From: Octopus vulgaris
Lineage: Eukaryota
DNA length: 64,000 nt
Reading direction: 5' to 3'
Assembly: GCA_951406725.2 (NCBI GenBank)
Contig: OX597832.1
Span: 57,846,001 to 57,910,000, forward strand
Made by a program: the position numbers and the translations under genes. This document shows, piece by piece, positions 1 through 12,397 of this stretch. Position 1 is the first letter of the stretch, and every line of letters starts with the position of its first letter. The notes beneath the pieces were generated by a model. It saw only the letters and a program-made list of their open reading frames with translations, had not been told where the DNA came from and made no database searches.

Positions 1-242
1 AATCACTACACTTTGGTCGGCTTGAGACTATAGTAGAAGACACTTGTCCAAGGTGCCACGCAGTGGGACTGAACCCAGAACTATATGGGTGGGAAGCAAG
101 CTTCTTACCACACAGCCACTTCTGAACAAAATACTTATTTTTCCTTTTAAAGTCTGTAGTTGTCTCATTTGTCCTTTTTCATTGAAGCTTCAAACATAAA
201 GAACAATTTTATTTGGGAAAGAACTTACATTTATATACAGAT

Positions 243-1265
243 GGGCGCTGACATGGCTGTGTAGTAAGAAGCTTGCTTCTCAACCACATGGTTCCAGGTT
301 CAGTCCCACTGCGTGGAACCTTTAGCAAGTGTCTCTTAAATAGTTCCAGGCTAACCAAAGCCGTGAGAGTGGATTTTGTAGATGGAAACTGTGAAAGAAG
401 CCTGTTGTATACATACATACATACACATATATATCTTTTATGGGTTTCAGCCTGAGGCCGAGGCCATGCTGGTGCACCTCCTTTATTGTGTCTGGAGATT
501 TTTCCAGTATTGCTTCTGTTGAAGTAGCAAGTTGGATGTTGCCACTCTTTGTGGCTCCTGCCGCTCTTCCTTGTGCCTCCTGCTGCTCTTCTTTGTGCCA
601 CCTGTTACAATGTGGGTTCATCCAGAATTGCAGATAAAAAACTGTCTAGACGTTTTTTGAAGACTTCCATGCCTACACCTTGCAGATCTATGATGTTCAG
701 TGGTAGGGCATTAAAAAGTTGTGGACCCTTGAATCCCAAACTATTACAATATTGGGTTCATATCCTTGATGGAGAAGACAGGACCTTTGCTACTGTGCAG
801 TGCTGTCCAGTTCAGGAATTGTTGTAGATTTCGATTCCAAAATTTGGAGCCAAACCCTCCATTATTTTCCACAATGTATAGAACTGTATATCTCTCACAT
901 CTCCTCTCAAGAGACTAGAGTCCCAGTTCCCTCAGTCTCTCCCAGTGGCCCATGTGTTTTACTGAGTATCTTCTTTGTGAAGTGGCATTGGACTGCTTCA
1001 AGTTCCGCAATTAGTTTTACACTCTGTGGGGACCACAGTCAGGAGCAGTATATATTTACGTGTATGTGTCTTTGTTTGTCCCCCCCCCCATCACCACCAT
1101 TATCGTTTGACAACCAATACTGGTGAGTTTATGTCCTTGTAACCTAGCAGTTTGGCAAAAGAGACTGCTAGAATAAGCAGCAGGCTTACAAAGAATAAGT
1201 CCTGGAATTGATTTCTTTGACAAAAAAAAAACAGGGCTGCAGTCAAATGACAAACAAGTGAAAGA
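243..1265 (+). mobile_element. SINE family A copy split by a CR1 fragment inserted in its internal (TA)n tract
   Basis: Head (TGGCTGTGTAGTAAG...GGTTCAGTCCC) at 243-432; body resumes at ~1048-1265, matching the intact copy at 12398-12801. Confidence 0.8.
435..1047 (-). pseudogene. CR1-type LINE 3' fragment (ORF2 C-terminus plus 3' tail), decayed
   Basis: Minus-strand manual translation: LWSPQSVKLIAELEAVQCHFTKKI / HWERLRELGL*SLERRCERY / LWKIMEGLAPNFGI / NSLGFKGPQLFNALP / VFKKRLDSFLSAILDEP, typical of the CR1 ORF2 end; stops and frameshifts present. Confidence 0.8.
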
Positions 1266-1388
1266 CTATACAGATGGGCTTCTCCCCCCTCAAACTCCTG
1301 AATCCACATCCCACATACGTTTATTCTTTTTCTTTATGGAAGCTGGATGCTAAACAATAATGATCTATCTACATATATATATATATAT

Positions 1389-1692
1389 TAGAAGGTTTGG
1401 AGATGATGTACAGGTATTTTATATTAGAAGAAATGAGGTACTCAGAAATTCGGATGGTTTTATATTTACAGATATTTATTTGTATATTACATGTTTTTAT
1501 ACATCATATATCATATATTATATATTAGCGCTTTCGTCCATTCTAGTGGAGTTTTCAATTTGAAAATTCCACTAGAATGGACGAAAGCGCTAATATATAA
1601 TATATGATATATGATGTATAAAAACATGTAATATACAAATAAATATCTGTAAATATAAAACCATCCGAATTTCTGAGTACCTCATTTCTTCT
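1389..1692. mobile_element. Fold-back PLE-like pLTR element: 267-bp palindrome (1426-1692) plus ~37-nt tail, within (TA)n
   Basis: Arms mirror about base 1559 with one mismatch seen; the axis abuts TCCA-CTAGAA-TGGAC-GAAAGCGCTA (hammerhead helix II, GAAA, palindromic helix III). Confidence 0.7.
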
Positions 1693-2172
1693 TATATATA
1701 TATAATGTAAGCACTTTCCTAAATAAAATTGCACTTCATAATACACAAATGGAAAAGGCTGTGAGGCACTGGTATAGACTCTTGTTACAGAGGTGATGGT
1801 CAGCTAGAGTCTGATATTTTTCATATATTTATTCTCAACCACTGTTGTACATTTTATTTCTTCAATTATCACCATTCTCTAAAATTAATCAAGAAATTAT
1901 AATTAATATTCTTAACATATTTTATTTTCTCTAATTACTTGAAATGATAAATAAAACAAAAAAACTATAGGTTTTAAAGAAATCATGTTCTTGGGAGGGC
2001 CATAATGCCAATGACAATAAACACACACACTGATCAATATCACTTCATTATTGGTGTATTGACTTTCCCAAGACACAGCAACATTTGTTTCATCACACAA
2101 ATTCACAACAAGAAAATTGCAAACTAAATGCAAAAACGAAGTTTTAAAGAAACGAATCCAAGAATTATTTAA

Positions 2173-2401
2173 CCCTCTTTTTTTTTTGTACCAATATTAC
2201 TTGAAAATGTCGCTGGTTTTGAGATATAAACTTCCTGCCTTAGAATGATCTTAATTAAAGCCTTATATCAACATTTTTTATGGTAATTTATGTTTTAAAC
2301 ACTTGATTAAATAATGACAAAGTTTTTGTAATAAATTCTTTGTTATTTTAAAAATTGAAACAAAAGCTGTGTCTTTCAGGAGGAATATGTTAACGAAAGG
2401 A
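2173..2401. mobile_element. piggyBac-type MITE, decayed
   Basis: TTAA|CCCT... at 2169 and ...AATATGTTAACGAAAGGA|TTAA ending 2405; imperfect TIRs. A similar ...AAAGGG|TTAA end occurs near 17898. Confidence 0.55.
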
Positions 2402-2906
2402 TTAAGAATTATTTTTGCACTTATCATCACTGATCTGTGGAAGATAAGTCTTTGATAACCATGATAAGTCTTTGATAACCATTTGTTCTTACAATCTCTT
2501 CTGAAATACTTCCAAAGAAGGAATATTCCGGATAATTAGAAAATTCCGTTAGTGGCATCGTAAAGTTTGAATTATCAAAGGGTTAACTACGATCTCTTTT
2601 AATATAGGAAATGTTGTGCATTTGGTATTAGGAAAACACACACATACATGCGCAGCGAGAGAGAGAGAAATATATGCACAGATGTGAATATATATGTATG
2701 TATAGTTTTAGAAAATATCTTCAAAGTAGATGACGGCAAATAATAATACAAACATACAAAAATAGAATGTAAAAAATAGGACAACAGTACAGAGAGAGAG
2801 AGGGGGTGGGTGGGGTGGGGGACAGAGATTGTTGATGCTTTCTGAATCTGAAATATATAATAAAATTTATATGTTCTATTACTTACAAATACTGTGAGAA
2901 TATCTT

Positions 2907-2908
<2 letters not shown>

Positions 2909-2944
<36 letters not shown>

Positions 2945-3190
2945 GACACATTTTTATATATATATATACATAGACACATATTTATATATATATATATATA
3001 CACACACACACAGACACACACCCACACATAGACACACATATATATATACACACACACACACACCCACACATAGACATATATATATATACACACACACATA
3101 TATATATACATATATCATCATCATCATCATCATCATATATGCGCACATATATATATATATACATATAAACACACACATATATATATATAT
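2909..3190. repeat. Compound (TA)n/(CA)n/(TCA)n microsatellite
   Basis: Read directly. Confidence 0.95.
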
Positions 3191-4397
3191 TCTTGATTTT
3201 TTGTTCTTGACTTTTGTTATTGTTATTTTATTCTTCCTCTACTGTTTTGTAGTAAAAATCATCTAAAGGTTTTTGACCAAAGTACCATTCTGTTCTAAAT
3301 TACTGTCCTCCAAGTTTTTATTAATAGACGGAATAATATTGACGACTGCTTTGATTTTTGAATTATAGGAAACAGATGTGACAAGCCTCGACTTCAAAGT
3401 GTAATGGCTTTGTTCGGCTAATGACTGACCTCGGAGAACTATCTGGGCACGAGACTCAGACATTGGCTATTTGAAATTTTTGAAATGGTTTTGTTCATCT
3501 CACGCCAACCCCGTCCCCCTTGCACCTCGCCCCCGCCACCAGTCAAACAGCCATATTTTATCTTTGGTTCAAGAGATTCTGTCTGCAGTAAGTTGCACAA
3601 AAAATGCGACTAAGCTGCCTTTTGAAACTTGCTCTTTCGCTCTTTGTCTATGTACAGACATATGTCAATAAATAATAATACGACTGTTTGGGATTAGAAA
3701 GACAGACAGTTCAACTGAAAGACCGACCGACCGGCAGGCAGGCAGGCTTGCCGACTGGCTGGCTGGCAGGCAAATTTCTTATACCTTTGCTTTTCATTAG
3801 AATATTTATATATTCTAAGAGATAATGAAAAAGACTTCTATTAAACGGAAGCTGTATCTCTGGGCGGTGCTCTTTATTCTATATGCGTCTGTTTATTTTA
3901 GTGCGTAGTGTAAACATGAAATCTCTGGGAGATTTATCTGCAACACGTGACTCTTGTCTCATTATTTCATTAAGGAATATGTTTGGTCTAGAATTTTGCT
4001 TCGCATTACAGCATAGCTGGATGGTTAAGAAGCTCACCTCCCAACTAAGTGAATCCTGGTTCAGTCCTGTCCCACGGCACCTTGCATATGTGTAGTCTAT
4101 GATAGTTCTCGATTGTGTAATATGTATTGTGACTTTTGAAACATGTGTAGTGCATAATTACCTATTCCATTCCCTTCATCCACTAACTTATCACATAATT
4201 AACAACACTTGTTACATACTGGAACTGGATAGCAGCAGTGATTCTATTGCAAATTCTGTCTAATTCCATATTAATGAAGAATATTGGATACATTGATTAA
4301 TTAACTTTATTGATTGATTATCATCTACACAAGCTTGTCTATACTTGAGCCTAACCAACTGTCTGTACTTTATTGGATCTCACTAATATATATATAT

Positions 4398-4510
4398 AGA
4401 AATTGCAAAGATAATCTGGAACTCGACTGAGGATAGAAAACTTTGAATGATCCATCCTTCTTTTCCTTGTATCGTCTGTCTGGATGTTTTGCGTTCTTGT
4501 CCCATTTTTG

Positions 4511-4520
<10 letters not shown>
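4398..4520 (+). mobile_element. Dispersed repeat flanked by (TA)n; homologous to 37020-37140 (-) and 50131-50180 (-); possibly PLE-derived
   Basis: GAAATTGCAAAGATAATCTGG...GCGTTCTTGTCCCATTTTTGTA aligns by eye with the reverse complement of the other two loci. Confidence 0.6.
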
Positions 4521-4551
<31 letters not shown>

Positions 4552-5671
4552 CAATGCAAAACATATAATTCATGAGAAAATTATTTGCAAAGATATCATT
4601 GACTCTATTATTATCTAGTTAACAGTTAATTTCTGTAGTTATTTTCGATGTATTTTGGAGATTTAAATAAGAGTTTTGACTGTTATTTCCAGCAGGTAGA
4701 CATACCTGATATCTCCTTTGATTAATTTTATACACACATACATACACACACATATATTCTTCTTCTTCTTATTATTATTATTGTTATATGTTTATATGTT
4801 CTATTACTTACAACTACTGTAAGTAATATAGGTTTTAAAGAAATCATGTTCTTGGGAGGGTCATAATGCCAATGACAATAAACACACACATTGATCAATA
4901 TCACTTAGCAGTATTTCATCAATTTTTTGTGTTCTCAGTTCAAATTCTGCCATTGTTGGCTTTGCTTGTCATCCTTTCAGGGTTGATAAAAATAAATACC
5001 AGTCTTGTATTGGGGTCAGTGTAACTGACTAGCCCTGTCCCCCAAAATTTCAGGCCTTATGCCTATAGAAGAAAGGATCATTATTATTATTGTTACCATC
5101 ATCATCAATAAGTGGCAGAAGTTACACAATAATCGAAGGCCAAGAGTTTCATCCGTTGGCACTCACCAGGCTGGTTTCAAATCAAGCTGGCATACATTTA
5201 TATATCGGTCATCATGAATGTAACTAGTATATAAATGTAACCCTCTTGACATGAAACTCTTGGTCTTTGAGATAGTTTGTAACTTTCTGCCAATTATCAA
5301 TAATAAAAAGATACCTATCTTCATCATCGTCATCATCATTATTTAACGTCCCTTTTCCAAACTGGCATGGGTTGGACTGTTCGACCGGGGCCTGGGAAGC
5401 CAGGAGGCTGCACCAGGCTCCAACACCAACTCTGGTTGTCAAGAGATGGTGAGGCGACAAACGCAGACACTCAAACATATATATATATATATATATATAT
5501 ACAACAGGCTTCTTACAGTTTCTCTCTACCAAATCTATTCACAAGGCTTTGGTCGGCCTGAGGCTATAATAGAAGACACTTGCCCAAGGTGCCACACTGT
5601 GGGACTGAACCCAGAACCATGTGGTTTGGAAGCAAGCTTCTTACCACACAGCCACGCCTGTGCCTATATGC

Positions 5672-5714
<43 letters not shown>

Positions 5715-5883
5715 TTTTCTGTGATGATGAGTGACAATTCCTTAAATATTAATATTTTATAAGCTTAAAGCTTATAAGTGATCCCCTAAAACATAGTCTA
5801 ATATTGAGGCATATGAGCCCCCATATGGAAAACCTACTGTTTTCTGTTGAGGGCTTATATGCCCCAATATTAGACTATTTTAA

Positions 5884-6103
5884 GGCGCAAGCTGACAGAA
5901 ATGTTAGCATGCTGGGCAAAATGCTTAGAGGTATTTTGTCTGTCTTTACGTTCTGAATTCAAATTCTGCCGAGGTCGACTTTGCTTTTCATCCTTTTGGA
6001 GTCGATAAATTAAGTACCAGTTATGTACTGGAGTCGATCTAATTGACTGGCACCCCCTCCCCGCAAAAAGAAATTTCGGGCCTTGTGCCTAGAGTAGGAA
6101 AGA
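5884..6103 (+). mobile_element. SINE family B (tRNA-derived head GGCGAGCTGGCAGAA...GAGTTCAAATTC)
   Basis: A/B-box-like head and conserved body GAGGTCGACTTTGCCTTTCATCC...GTCGATAAATTAAGTACCAG, recurring in dozens of copies across the window. Confidence 0.85.
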
Positions 6104-7117
6104 ATATTAGACTATTTTCTTTAGTTAGTGCATGGTGATTGCTTATAAGCTTATAAATTATCATTATTATTATTTTTCAGAATATATATATATATGAATA
6201 TACATAGACAAAAAGAAAACAAAGCCTGAAGATTTTCAGATGATATACTTAAAATATAAATATATAGATGATGTCTAGAAATGTTAATCGTCTGAAAATC
6301 TCAAGTTTTTACTTGCTTTCTCTTTACACACATATATATAATCATCATCCAATGTTTTAAATCTGGGTTTTGTCCCTGTTTACAGTGATGACCAGATCTC
6401 CCTCAATGCCATAGCAACCGAGGTACGCAGGTGTAGTCCACTCCAAACTTTGGGCTGGCTGGTGCCCATACTTCCTTGCTATCATGAGGCTTTTTTGGCG
6501 CTGTATTTTCTACAGCCCGGATTGAGGCCCAACCTTCCTATTTCTATTGCAGGGCTTACAAAAACTGAAGGATCACTTTGCAGTGGTCCTTCAGCTTTTG
6601 TTAAGGCCTGTAAAAGAAATAGGTGTGTGAATCTGACAGGAGAATATGTTGAGTAAAATCATAATTACCTGATCCTTCAAAGAAAAAACTGAAAGACAAC
6701 TAGAATAACTGTGTGAATCTGAGAGGAGAATCATCATCGTCGTCATCATCTTTGTTTAACATCCTCCTGCCATGGGTCGGACAGTTTGACAGGAGCTGGC
6801 CAGGTAGAAGACTACACCATACATCTGTTTCTGTTTTGGCATATTTAAAAAAAATTTTATGGCTGGATGCTCTTCTTAAAGAATAATGATTATGGTCAGC
6901 TCTTCTGGTGACGTCGATGTTCGCCTGGGGCTAAATGCATTAGTAACACCCCCACCACCCCACCCTGACCCTAGCCACATTCAGATGGCTGATCCCTCTT
7001 ATGGCATAATTAACTGACCGTCTTTTTTCATCACCACCCCATCATAATTCTTCCACACTGTGGTTAAGACTTATTAAACTTTAATGATAGTGAGAAATAG
7101 TGGAGATAGCAATCAGC

Positions 7118-7444
7118 TTTCACCTTTTCTCCTATCCATTTGTATATCAACCTATCTATATAATGTGCATATAAATATACATGGAGATTTTATGATCATT
7201 ATTATAAATTTTTGTGAAATCTGTCTATCTGTAACATAGCTTCCAGTTTGGTTCACAACTGCTCACTCTCTCCTTCTCTCTCTCTATATATATTATTCAC
7301 ATTTTTCCCTGTCCATTTGTATATCAATCTATTTATATAATGTGCATATAAATAACATTTCATACATGTATTATAATCATTATTGTACTTTTTGTGAAAT
7401 CAAGTCTGTCTGTGACGTAGCTTTTAGTTTGGTTCATAGCTTAT

Positions 7445-7470
<26 letters not shown>
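7118..7470. repeat. Diverged ~180-bp tandem duplication
   Basis: TCCATTTGTATATCAA...TTTTTGTGAAATC...AGTTTGGTTCA occurs twice in succession. Confidence 0.8.
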
Positions 7471-7534
<64 letters not shown>

Positions 7535-7535
<1 letters not shown>

Positions 7536-8804
7536 GAGGGGCGTTCAATAAGTAATGCCCCTGACCCACTTGCAGTTGTTTGATCTAGCTGAAATTTTGC
7601 ATGTGCACTTATTTATACCTCTATAGATTAAGTGGCAAATTACAGCTCTGAACTAATTGTGGTTTCTGATTTACAGGTGTTTGAACCGAGTCAAGTGTGA
7701 AATGGAGCCTGTTGAGTGTCGAGCAGTGATCTGGTTTTTGTATTTGAAAGGACGCACACCACGGGAGACTTTTGATGAAATGAAAGTAACTTATGGTGAT
7801 GATGCCCCATCATATGACCTTGTAAAACGCTGGCATTGTGAATTCAAACATAGTCGGAACTCTGTGGAAACAGCTCCCAGATCTGGTTGCCCCCTTCTGC
7901 CGTTGATGAGATGTCTGTCCATCAAGTTGAGGCTGCCATTTTGGAAGGTCAACGCATAACTATTCGCCAAATAGCCCATAAGGTCAAGATTAGTACCGGG
8001 TCTGTGGAAACTATCATTCATGACCATTTGTATATGCAAAAGGTGTCTGCCTGATGGATTTCCAGGTTGCTCACACCTTTCCAGAAGCAAGAACGCGTTG
8101 AGTGCTCGAGGATGAATTTGGAGATGTGCCAAGAAGATGAGTCAAAACTTTTCAAAAGACTGATCACACAGGATAAAACCTGGGTCCATCACTATGATCC
8201 ATAGACCAAAGCCCAGTCAATGCAGTGAAAGCACCGTGACTCACCTCCTCCAAAGAAGGCAAGGGTGCAGCCCTCCGCTGACAAGGTTATGCTCACAGTT
8301 TTCTGGGACCAGGACGGAGTAGTGATGACAGATTTCCTGGCAAAGGGTACCACAATTACAGGAGCCTATTATGCTTCACTTTTGAGGAAATTAAGATAAG
8401 CTATCAAAATCAAGAGGCGGGGCAACATCAGCAAAGGCATCCTCCTCCTGCAGGACAATGCTCCGGTCCACAACTCGCGTGTCGCCAGATCAGAAGCACA
8501 GGCGTGCAGCTATGAACTCCTCCCCTTGCACCCTCTGATTTTCACCTCTTCCCAGCCATGAAGTTGATTTTGAAAGGAAAGCGTTTCCCAGATGATGCAG
8601 CCTTGATTTCTGAAGTCACGTCGTTGTTGGAGGACCAAGCTGAGGTCTTCTACAAAAATGCTCTCCAGAGCTGTATCAAACGATGGGAGAAATGCATAAC
8701 TCTGGGTAGTTCCTATGTACGAAAAGACTAATAACTGTGCCAAGTGTCGTTGCTCTACTGCTATGGGAAGTGGGTCAGGGGCATTACTTATTGAACGCCT
8801 CTCG
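7535..8804 (+). mobile_element. Full-length decayed mariner DNA transposon (irritans-subfamily-like TIR)
   Basis: 37-bp TIRs CGAGGGGCGTTCAATAAGTAATGCCCCTGACCCACTT with one mismatch; TA on the right and CA on the left; inside (TA)n; 1270 bp long. Confidence 0.95.
7702..8731 (+). pseudogene. Mariner transposase pseudogene
   Basis: MEPVECRAVIWFLYLKG...; KVSA*WISRLLT (WVP motif); LITQDKTWVHHYDP; KVMLTVFWD; LLQDNAPVH; HPPYSPD deleted before LAPSDFHLF; RWEKCI. Several stops and frameshifts. Confidence 0.93.
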
Positions 8805-9017
8805 TATATATATATATACATACACATTGTGTGTGTATATGAATGTATGTATGCAAGTATGTATGTATGCAAGTATGTATGTATGCAAGTATGTATGTAT
8901 GTATGTATGTATGCAAGTATGTACGTATGTAAGTATGTATGTATGCAAGTATGTATGTATATATGTATGAATGTATGGGAACAGACACATACTTCTGAAC
9001 ACTCATTAAAGACATTT

Positions 9018-9315
9018 GAGCACATGGCCTAGTGGTTAGAGCAGCAGGTTCGCGGTTGATAGATCACAGATTCGAATCTCAGACCATGCAATATGTGTGT
9101 TTATGAGCGAAACACCTAAACTCCACGCGGCTCCGGCAGAAGGTAATGGCGAACTTCTGCTGACTCTTTCGCCATAACTTTCTCTCACTCTTTCCTCCTG
9201 CATCTTGCAGCTCACCTGCAATAGACCGGTGTCCCGTCCAGGTGGGGAACCTATATGCCAAGGAAACTGGGAAACCGGCCCTATGAGCCAAGCATGGCTC
9301 GAGAAGGAAAAAACA
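9018..9315 (+). mobile_element. SINE family C variant (tRNA head, CTGCGACGGACC...TCCCGTCCAGG domain); near-identical copy at 18648-18945
   Basis: TGGCCTAGTGGTT A-box and GTTCGAATC B-box; the two copies align along their whole length. Confidence 0.85.
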
Positions 9316-9325
9316 ACAATATATA

Positions 9326-9356
<31 letters not shown>

Positions 9357-10112
9357 GCATACATATATATGTACATATATACATGTCTATATACACATAT
9401 ATACGCACATACACATATATTCATATACGTATATATCTATATATATTTATATGTATAGATATTTAAGATCTATCTCCCTTACAGGGCTGATAGAATTGGC
9501 CGCCGATTCTTCGCAGGGTTCTCTTCCCTTCTCTCCCCCTCTTTCACATTGTCTGGACTCCTCTCTTCCTCTTCCTACTCCTCTCCATGGCCATGCATAC
9601 TTAAGCTAGTAACCTGCCTCATTCTTGATTCCGAATTCCTTTTGCCAAGTCTGTCCGTAAACGAAGTGATCCCAAGATAAGAAATCTTTGAACTTTAATT
9701 CATCCCGTATCTCTATTTATTATTATTTATTATTTATCATTATTCTGATCCCCCTAGTCGCCACTGTTTACTATTTCAGCCTCGCCTCGTTTTTGCATAT
9801 TCTGTATAATTCATTAGTTATCGTTATAGATATTTAAGATCTATCTCCTTTACAGGGCTATTCGCGGCACGCCCTCCCTACCCACCCCCACCCCCACCAC
9901 CAAAACCGGATATCTCTATTTTGCTCCAACTATACCGGATGTCGTTTCTCCCACCACCATTATAGGTGTCTACTCTTTGAACCCCCCTCTTCAATACGCT
10001 ATTTCACCATGCATTACCCCTCTCTTGATATCCTACGTTCTACTTGCCTAGAACCTGTCCTCTGAACCACCCCTCCCACTGGTGCTCCCCTATATTTCTG
10101 CACCCCCCCCAT

Positions 10113-10350
10113 AAAAAGCACCATCCGAACGTGGCCGATGCCAGACCCTCTGGCACCTGTGCAGGTGGCACGTAAAAAACACCCACTACACTCGCGGAGT
10201 GGTTGGCGTTAGGAAGGGCATCCAGCTGTAGAAACACTGCCAGACTAGACTGGAGCCTGGGGCAGTCCCGAGCTCCCCAGACCCCGGTCGAAACCGTCCA
10301 ACCCGTGCTAGCGCGGAAAACGGACGTTAAACGATGATGATGATGATGAT
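10113..10350 (+). mobile_element. SINE-like family D ending in (GAT)n; further copies at 10948-11167, 11190-11343, 23305-23440, 5330-5430 (-), 6750-6880 (-)
   Basis: Shared GAGTGGTTGGCGTTAGGAAGGGCATCCAGCTGTAGAAAC...GCATGGAAAACGGACGTTAAACGATGATGA. Confidence 0.8.
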
Positions 10351-10469
10351 ACACACATATATATACACATGCACATATATATATACATATACACATGCAC
10401 ACACACATATATATACACACACATGCACACACACACAGATATATATATACACACCCATATATATTTATA

Positions 10470-10909
10470 AGAATTTTTAACACTAACTTAAAAGTGGTGT
10501 TATTGTATGGTCTGAGGCATGGTGAACAACCGTTAAGTCAAATAAGCAAATACAATCATTCATTAACAGGTGCTTGCGTAGTATACTTAAAATTAGATGG
10601 CCCGAACACATAAGCAATATAGAGCTATGGCAAAGAATAAATCAAGTTTCGATTAGGGAGCAAATATGGAAGTGGAAGTGGATTGGTAGCACAATTAGAA
10701 AAGACACACCAAATGTAGCGAAAAGTTCTTTAAAGTGGAATCTGGATGGATATAGAAAGAAAGGTAGGCCTAAGAACTCGTGGTGGAGATCAACACAAAA
10801 GGAACTAGAGAAAGGGGGACATTCGTGGCAGCGTATAAGTACAAAAGTCAAATTTTATGCGACATGGAATTCAACAATAAGTGGCCTATACTCCGTGTTT
10901 GAGGGTTAA
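10470..10909 (+). pseudogene. RTE-clade LINE 3' fragment
   Basis: RIFNTNLKVVLLYG / LRSILKIRWPEHISNIELW...WKWIGSTIRK...LKWNLDGYRKKGRPKNSW: canonical RTE ORF C-terminus. Confidence 0.85.
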
Positions 10910-12397
10910 AGACATAAAGAAAGATATTTATAAATATATGTGTATGTATGGCACGTCTGTGCAGGTGGCACATAAAAAGCACCATTTGGGCATGGCCAGT
11001 TCCACCATACTGGCATGTAAAAGCACCCACTACACTCTCGGAGTGGTTGGCGTTAGGAAGGGCATCCAGCTGTAGAAACTCTGCCAGATCAAGATTTGGT
11101 TCGCCAGAGCTCAGTCAAATCGTCCAACCCATGCTAGCATGGAAAGCAGATGTTAAATGATGATGATAATATATATCCCCTCTGTGAGCTGGTTGGTATT
11201 ATGGCATCCAACTGTAGAAACTTTGTCGAAACAGACAGACGGAACCTGTTGCAGCAAGTCTCCAGCCTCGTCAGCTCCTCTCAAACTATCCAGCCCATGC
11301 TAGCATGGAAAATGGACGTACGTTAAACAACGATGATGATGATTCTTATTTCATTCTTTTTCTTGTATCAGTCATTGAACTCTGGCCATGCAGAAACTTA
11401 AAGGGTCCTTTCTTTTTTCAATCAAATGGCACCTAGTACTTTATTTAACTATAGTACTTATCATACAGGTCTCCCTCTTTTTTTTAATTTTTGGCAAGCA
11501 GCATAATTTTACTCATTGCCTGCCACAAAGACTTGTATGTGCACTTATCCTACATCTCTCTTACTCTCTCTCTTTCTCTATACAGTGTAAAATGTGACTA
11601 GGGATTTCAACCAGTCTACCAACCAGCATTTGTTTATATCAGCTATTATTAGAGGGACATACGAGAGAAAGAGAGAGAGAGGGGGTGTATGAATGAGAGG
11701 GAGAGAGTTTGAATTATTTCTTTCTCCCTTCTTTCCCTTCTATCTATCTTTCTTTTTTATAGACCTTACAACTTTGAAACTTATATCCCCACCGCCACCG
11801 CCATCAACACCACCACCACCACGAATCTATATGAGCAGTTTTGTCTCATTATTGACTCATCACGGCAGCCGGCTACTGTGTTATTCTGACCAGATTTTGT
11901 GCTCCACTCTAATAATTTTGTTATTATCTGCTAAAATTAAATATGATGCTTGTTTTGTTTTTTTTATATATATATTTTTATTATTTATTATCAGTAAAAG
12001 CAAAGGATATTTAATAACAGTCTTATGGAAAAATAAAAAAAAAACAAAACCATAAAAAAGATCTTTATTGATCTCCTAACGCCAACTATATTATTAAATG
12101 CTTCTATTACTTAGATTTAATAACTGTACTATATACAGTGTATAGTACTTAGCTGAGGTTCTAGACAAGTCAGTTTGACTGACTTCATTTTTCATTGCTC
12201 CAGTGAAAATCTAAAGAAACTGTGCAACTTAGTGAGAAAAATTGAACAACTAATGAAGAACTAAAAGTGTTGTTGCTCTATTCTACTATATTCTCCGATT
12301 GGCGCCTGTTCAATGAGCCAAAAAAGGAGTTCATTCCAGTAAAGGAATTCTCTAAGTAGTTGCTCATTCTGTTAGAATTAGCCATCATAGACACAAG

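Noticed and set aside
7702-8731. Domesticated or active mariner transposase
   Set aside because: Multiple stops, frameshifts and loss of the YSPD motif.
12204-12264. Possible exon ENLKKLCNLVRKIEQLMKN* after TTCATTGCTCCAG
   Set aside because: Short, its phase differs from the 15867 exon, and there is no other support.
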